From an uncultured Spirochaetota bacterium (GTDB lineage Bacteria > Spirochaetota > Spirochaetia > SZUA-6 > CAVTHK01): a DNA stretch of 64,000 nucleotides. How positions within the stretch are numbered: the first letter of the stretch is position 1; every line of letters starts with the position of its first letter. The stretch lies in the NCBI GenBank assembly GCA_963734495.1, contig CAVTHK010000003.1:32001-96000 (forward strand). The letters run 5' to 3'. The notes under the pieces were generated by a model that did no database searches, was not told the DNA's origin, and saw only the letters and a program-made list of their open reading frames with translations. This document shows positions 58,826 through 64,000 of this stretch, piece by piece. The position numbers were made by a program, and so were the translations under genes.

Positions 58826-59698
58826 TCACTGGCCGGCGGCGGAGACGAGGTCGCCGTAGGCCTCCTGAAACCCGGGGTCGAGCCACAGCCCGTTGTGGTC
58901 GCCGCCGCGCACGATCACCAGCTTCTTGTCGCGGGCGGGCGACGCCTCGAAGAGGGCGGTCGCCATCCTCGGCGAGGTGATGCGGTCGCGCGCGCCGCCG
59001 GCGATCAGCGTGGGAACGCTCACGCCCCGGATGCGCAGGAGGTTGCTTTCGGCGAGCAGCGACGGCTCGACGTCGAAGCGCACGAAAGGCTTCGCGTACC
59101 ACGGCACCAGGTAACGCAGCGTCTCTCGGCCGTCCGTCGCCGGGTTCTGGAGCACGAGCGCGCCGACGGGCCGTTCGGAGGCGACGAGGGTCGCCGCGAA
59201 ACTGCCGAGCGAATGGCCGTGCGCGATGATGCGGCGGGGGTCGGGCTCGAAGCGCTCGCGCAGCACCTGGTAGGCGCGCAGCGCGTCGGATCTGAACGAG
59301 GCCACGGTCGGCGTCCCCTGGCTCCTGCCGTAGCCCCTGTAGTCCATCATGAAGAGGTTCACGCCGTGGCCGGTGATCGCCTCGGCAAAGCCTTTCGAGT
59401 CCGCGAGGAAGAAGGCGTTGCCCCCGAAGAACAGCACCGTCGCCCGCGCGGCCGGCCGCCGGATGTACCACGCGTTGAGGCTCGTTCCGTCGTCCGCCGC
59501 GAAGAAGAAGTCGTCGGCCGCGACTCCCGCGCCGGACGCGGTCACGGTGCCCGGGCGCGCGAGAAACAGCGACTGCTCCCCGACCGCGATGCGCGCGCAG
59601 GCGCCGATCGCGAGCGCGGCGGACGCCGCCGCCGCGGCGCGTCCGAAGCTGCGTGACCTCACGCCGACGAAGCTACGGACGCCTCGGCCGCCCGTCAA
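58826..59698 (-). CDS. Alpha/beta hydrolase
   Basis: FFGGNA, DYRGYG.S.G.P, GHSLG, G.RD, GDHN; start uncertain. Confidence 0.88.
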   Translation of the reverse strand: MTGGRGVRSFVGVRSRSFGRAAAAASAALAIGACARIAVGEQSLFLARPGTVTASGAGVAADDFFFAADDGTSLNAWYIRRPAARATVLFFGGNAFFLADSKGFAEAITGHGVNLFMMDYRGYGRSQGTPTVASFRSDALRAYQVLRERFEPDPRRIIAHGHSLGSFAATLVASERPVGALVLQNPATDGRETLRYLVPWYAKPFVRFDVEPSLLAESNLLRIRGVSVPTLIAGGARDRITSPRMATALFEASPARDKKLVIVRGGDHNGLWLDPGFQEAYGDLVSAAGQ

Positions 59699-59780
59699 GG
59701 GGGCGCACCGGCGTCGCGCGGGCTTGTAGCCGGCTGGAGCCGGGTGGTAAAGTCGGATCGTCGCGCTTCGGGAGGGCAGT

Positions 59781-61539
59781 GTGAAGGTACGGATCGGCGA
59801 CCGCGAGATCGAAGCCGAGCCCGGAGCTCATCTGCGCGAGCTGCTGCTGGCCAACGACTTCCTGTTCGATTTCCCCTGCGGCGGCAGGGCCTCCTGCGGC
59901 CAGTGCACCGTCGACGTCGAGCCCGGCTCGGCGGTCACGGGCCCGCAGCGCCACGGCCGCCCGCTCGCCTGCAAAGCCGTGCTGTGGTCCGACTGCACCG
60001 TGCGCCTGCGGGAGCAGGCGAGCGCGTGGGCCGCCGCGGCCGCGACCGAGGAGGCGCTGACCGACGAGGCCGACCGGCTGGTCCGCAGGCTCGCGGTCCA
60101 GCTGCCGGAGCCGTCGCTCGCCGACCAGCGCTCGGACTGGCGGCGCCTGAGCGACGCCCTCTCCGCGGCCGGAATCCAGGCCGACATGCCGGAGCCCTCC
60201 GCGCTCGAAGGCATCGCCGCCGCCCTGCGCTCCGGCGGCTGGAAGGCGCACTTTCTCGTCGAGGGCTCGCGCCTTCTCTGCCCGTGGTCCGCGGCCGATG
60301 GCTACTACGGCTTTGCGGTCGACCTGGGCACGACGACCGTGGACGTGGCGCTGTACGACCTGGAGACAGGAAGGCAGAAGGCGAGGCGGACGCTCTTCAA
60401 CAAGCAGGCCGCCTACGGCGCGGACGTCATCTCGCGCGCGCAGGCGTTCCGCACCTACCGCTCCGCCGTGCGCCGGGCCGCGGCATCGACGATCGCGGAG
60501 GCGGCCGAGGCTCTCCTCGAGGAGACGGAGGTCGCGGCGGCGAACGTCGTCCGCACGGTCGTCGTCGGCAACCCGATCATGATCCACATCCTGCTCGGGC
60601 TCGACCCGGTGCAGCTCACCCACGCGCCATACATCCCGCTGGTCACGGAGCCGGTGCGCCGGCCGCCGGCCGATTTCGGCTGGGGCTTCCAGGGCAGAGG
60701 GATGGTCGAGACGCTGCCGCTGATCTCCGCTTTCGTGGGGGCGGACACGGTCGGCGTGATCGTGGCGCTCGGCCTGCCCGCCGCCGACGGGACCTCCCTC
60801 GCCCTGGACATCGGGACCAACGGCGAGATCGTGCTCGCGCGCGGGGGCGTGCTCGCCGCGACCTCGGCGGCCGCCGGCCCGGCGTTCGAGGGGGCGCAGA
60901 TCGCCTGCGGCAGCCGTGCCGTGGCCGGGGCGATCACGCACGTCTCCTTCGAGGCCGGCGCGGTCGCCTGCCGGGTCCTCGGCGGAGGGCCGGGCCGCAG
61001 CATCTGCGGCACGGCGCTCATCATGGCGGTGGCGGGCATGCTCGAGCACGGCGTCGTCGACGAGACCGGCCGCATCGTCGCGCGCCGAGGAGATCCCGGC
61101 CGCGGCCCTGCGCGAACGGGTGTTCGAGCGCGAGGGGCAGGCCGCCTTCGCCCTCACCGACGACCGCGCCGTCTTCGTCACGCAGAAGGACGTGCGCGAG
61201 CTGCAGCTCGCCAAGGCCGCCATCCGCACGGCGATCGAGAGCCTGCTCGCGGAGAGCGGCACCGCCTGGTCCGAGGTCGACCGCGTGCACCTGGCGGGCA
61301 ACTTTGGCGCGGGCATGAGCGTGACCGCCGAGATGAGGATCGGTCTGCTGCCGCGGATGCCGGTCGAGCGCGTCGACGCCGTCGGAAACGCCGCGCTGCG
61401 CGGCGCCGCGCTCGTGCTCCTGTCCCGCTCCAGCCGCGAGGCTGCCGCGGAGGCGGCTCGCGCCTGCCGCTTCGTCGAGCTCGCGGGCAGGCCCGAGTTC
61501 CAGGACCGCTTCGCGGACGCGATGCTCTTCCAGGACTGA
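59781..61539 (+). CDS. ASKHA-family reductive activator of corrinoid proteins (RACo/RamA-like) with N-terminal 2Fe-2S (frameshift ~61085)
   Basis: PCGG..SCGQC..LAC, DLGTTT, N.Q..YGADVISR, DIGTNGE, AGPAFEG, TQKDVRELQLAKAA, LAGNFG, GNAAL.GA. Confidence 0.9.
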
Positions 61540-61709
61540 GCTCCCGCCCGGCTGGGCCCATCCCCCGCGGCCCGAATTGTGTCTATCCGTTTTGCCTCCC
61601 CCAGGTGTTCCATTGAGGGTGCCGCGCCGCAAGAATCGGGTGGATCGCGGCGCCGCCTTCGGTGATCTTGTTCACCTGATGCGGGTGCGGGCCGCACGAG
61701 GAGACGGGG

Positions 61710-62187
61710 ATGCACAACTGGTACGAGATGTACGTCGTCGGACGGGAGCGGGCCGCGGACAGGCTGCGGCACGTCGCGGCCCTGCGCCGGAGCGACGAGG
61801 TCCGGGCGCAGCGCGCGCATCCTCGCGGCGGGCAGCGCGCCGGATTTCTCACGTTGATGCCGGGCCTGCGGCAGCGCGGACAAGGAGGCCGAGGCGTGAG
61901 GGCTACGCTCGTGCTGGCGGCAAACGAGGTGATTTCGATGCAGGCGCGCGGCCTGCCCTGCCAGGTCACGTGCGTGGCCGGGACGGCTGTGGGTGACGGT
62001 CGAGCGGTCGCGCGTCGATTACGCGCTCGAGGCCGGAGAGCGGGTCACGTTCACCGCACGCGGCAAGGTCGTCGTCCAGGCTCTGCGCACCGCGACGGTC
62101 AGGCTCGAAAGCCCGGGCATCGGCCCGCGTCGCCGTGGGCTCGGCGCTGAGGCCGGAGCTGCTCCCGGGGTAGCCCGCCCCGGGTAG
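61710..62187 (+). CDS. DUF2917-like protein (frameshift ~61990)
   Basis: VTCVAG..WVT......DY.L.AGE.......G.VVVQAL; RBS GAGGAG. Confidence 0.65.
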
Positions 62188-62213
62188 CCCGGGAGCAGGG
62201 GCCTCGCTCGCGT

Positions 62214-63086
62214 TCAGGCCGCTCCCACCGTCTCGCGCAGCGTGAGCGCCGCTTCCCAGCCGAGGATCGCCTTCTTCCGCAAGGGGCCTTCGCCGTAGTT
62301 GCCGAACTCGCCCATCTTGCGGATGACGCGGTGACAGGGGATGAGGAACGGGATCGGGTTGCTGCCGACGGCGTTGCCCACGGCGCGGTTGGCGCCGGGA
62401 GCGCCGATGTGCCGCGCGATGTCCTCGTAGGTGACCGCCTTGCCGAGGGGGATTCGCAGGAGCGCCTCCCAGACCTGGATCTGGAAGTTGGTCCCCCGGA
62501 CGAACAGGTGCAGCGGGGCGGGCTCGTGGTCTGGCGAAAAGGAAAAGACCTGCGCCGCCGTGTCCGCCGTGGCTTCGGCGTCCTGCCTGATCGTGGCGCC
62601 CGACCAGCGGGCACGCAGGTCCTCCACCAGCTTCGTCTCGGGCGCCTCCTTGACGAACGAAAGGCCGCAGATCCCGCGCGGGGTGAGCGCCAGCAGGCAG
62701 CGGCCGAACGGGGAAGGGTGAAAGCCGTAGGCGATCTCCAGCCCCTCGCCGCGCCGCTTGATCTCACCGGGGGTTACCGCCTCGCAGGTGACGAAGAGCT
62801 CGTGCAGCCTGCCCGGGCTCGACAGCCCCGCCTCGTACGTGGCGCTGAGCACGTCGTGGGACTCCTCGAGGAGCCTCCTCGCGTGCGCCTTGGTCACGAA
62901 CTGGAGGAACCGCTTGGGGCTGATCCCGACCCAGCGGCTGAACAGCCGCTGGAAGTGGAACTCGCTCAGGCCCACGGCCGCGGCGATCTCCTCCAGCGAT
63001 GGCTGCCTCGCCGCCCGCGTCTCGATGAACCGGATCGCGGCCTCGACCCTCGCGTAGTCCTCGGCAAGCTGCTCCATGATCGTCAT
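62214..63086 (-). CDS. AraC-HTH plus methylated-DNA-protein-cysteine methyltransferase (Ada/Ogt-like)
   Basis: HFQRLFSRWVGISPK, GTNFQ..VW..L, RAVG.A...NP....IPCHRV. Confidence 0.93.
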   Translation of the reverse strand: MTIMEQLAEDYARVEAAIRFIETRAARQPSLEEIAAAVGLSEFHFQRLFSRWVGISPKRFLQFVTKAHARRLLEESHDVLSATYEAGLSSPGRLHELFVTCEAVTPGEIKRRGEGLEIAYGFHPSPFGRCLLALTPRGICGLSFVKEAPETKLVEDLRARWSGATIRQDAEATADTAAQVFSFSPDHEPAPLHLFVRGTNFQIQVWEALLRIPLGKAVTYEDIARHIGAPGANRAVGNAVGSNPIPFLIPCHRVIRKMGEFGNYGEGPLRKKAILGWEAALTLRETVGAA

Positions 63087-63190
63087 TGTTCCAGCTCCGC
63101 GGCGGGCGGTTCGCCCCCGCCGCGACTCCAAGTATTGCGACGCGGGGGCCGGCGGGCAACCCGGTTCTTGCTGCGGGGTTGGCGGAGGCC

Positions 63191-63944
63191 TTACCCGTTT
63201 TCCGCGCGGATGATCTCGTCCCAGTCGTAGACGCCGGCGATCCGCTGCCCCGGCTCCAGGACCAGGAAATCGCGGGCCCCACTCGCCGTCGACGAGCCTG
63301 CGCAGCAGCTCGAGGCTGCCCGCGAGGCGGGTGTATTCGCGGCCTTCGGCGCGCGCCCGCTCCTCGCATCGGACCGCGGCGCCGAGGTGCGCCGTCTCGG
63401 GCACGTCGATGAACACGAGCCGGTTGCCCTTGCGGGCCGGGGCCGACATCGCCTCGCAGATGTAGCGCGCGTTCTCCTCGCCGTACTTCTCGACGTACTC
63501 GCGGTACACCGCGTCCGAGGGTCCGCCTTCGAGCCCTTCGTGGAAGGGGGCGACGGCGCGCTCGCCGTATCCGGTCGAGGAGAAGGGCTGGCTCGGGTTG
63601 TCGCGGAAGAGGCGCTTGAACTCCTGCCGCGAGCCGAGGAGGAGCGTGCAGCAGTCGTGCGCGCGCGGGATCACGACCCGCGTGGCGCCGGCGCGCAGCC
63701 CCGCGGCGGCGTTGCCGCACAGCCCGTAGCCGAGCAGGATCGCGTCGTAGCCGGCGCCGTCGGCGGCGGCGATCTTCTGCTGGATGAGCGCGCGCAGGCT
63801 CTCGCTGTGGCGGTGGGCGTCGAGCTCGTTGAAGTCGAGGTCGAAGATGTTGGGGCTGCGCGACACCAGCCAGCAGAGCTCGCGCAGCAGCGCGTTGCAG
63901 GCGAGGAGGCGGAGCTTGAGCGGTCGGCCGGTCACGGCCGCCAT
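63191..63944 (-). CDS. DUF1638 family protein (frameshift ~63272)
   Basis: LACNAL.RE, YDAILLGYGLCGN, IPRAHDCCTLLLGS, YVEKYGEENA.Y; C-terminus DFLVLEPGQRI..YD in the next frame. Confidence 0.85.
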
Positions 63945-64000
63945 GCTAACGAGCGGCGCGTCCCCGTTCAAGCCCGGGCGCGCTGTCGCCGCTGCCGGCG

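Noticed and set aside
61540-61709. Cobalamin riboswitch near RACo
   Set aside because: No recognisable B12-box or GGGAA...GCCACTG core, and the position is downstream of the gene
62214-63971. DUF1638-Ada fusion
   Set aside because: Frameshift at ~63272 bypasses the DUF1638 stop at 63191-63193; the linker is intergenic sequence

Overview
The window joins two unrelated genomes at about 18375-18381. The left part (1-~18379) is AT-rich Bacteroidota/Bacteroidales-type DNA with TAnnTTTG promoters. It carries a BamA/TamA-family gene, a ComEA-like gene, a nested mobile/repeat hotspot (2620-4816), rpsU-xerC-hpf, tRNAs Thr-Tyr-Gly-Thr, tuf, tRNA-Trp, secE-nusG-rplKAJL-rpoB and a truncated rpoC. The right part (~18380-64000) is a high-GC diderm bacterium (possibly Spirochaetia; inference). 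It starts with a candidate defence module (truncated SF2 helicase, DUF262/HNH nuclease, GIY-YIG remnant), followed by a peptide ABC transporter, corrinoid-methyltransferase-related genes, an RRM protein, S1 proteases with LuxR, mprF, mntH, a TetR/HlyD/ABC/TolC exporter, an ECF sigma fused to an RskA-like domain, ArsR-SRPBCC, RACo/RamA, Ada/Ogt and DUF1638. Frequent single-base insertions, even in essential genes, point to unpolished long-read sequence. The most interesting real structure is two DUF559 (Vsr-like) endonuclease genes, one intact and one internally deleted, each bracketed by its own inverted pair of REP/BoxC-like hairpins. An IS4-like non-autonomous element (10-bp TSD) and an IS1595 (8-bp TSD) have inserted precisely into these hairpins.
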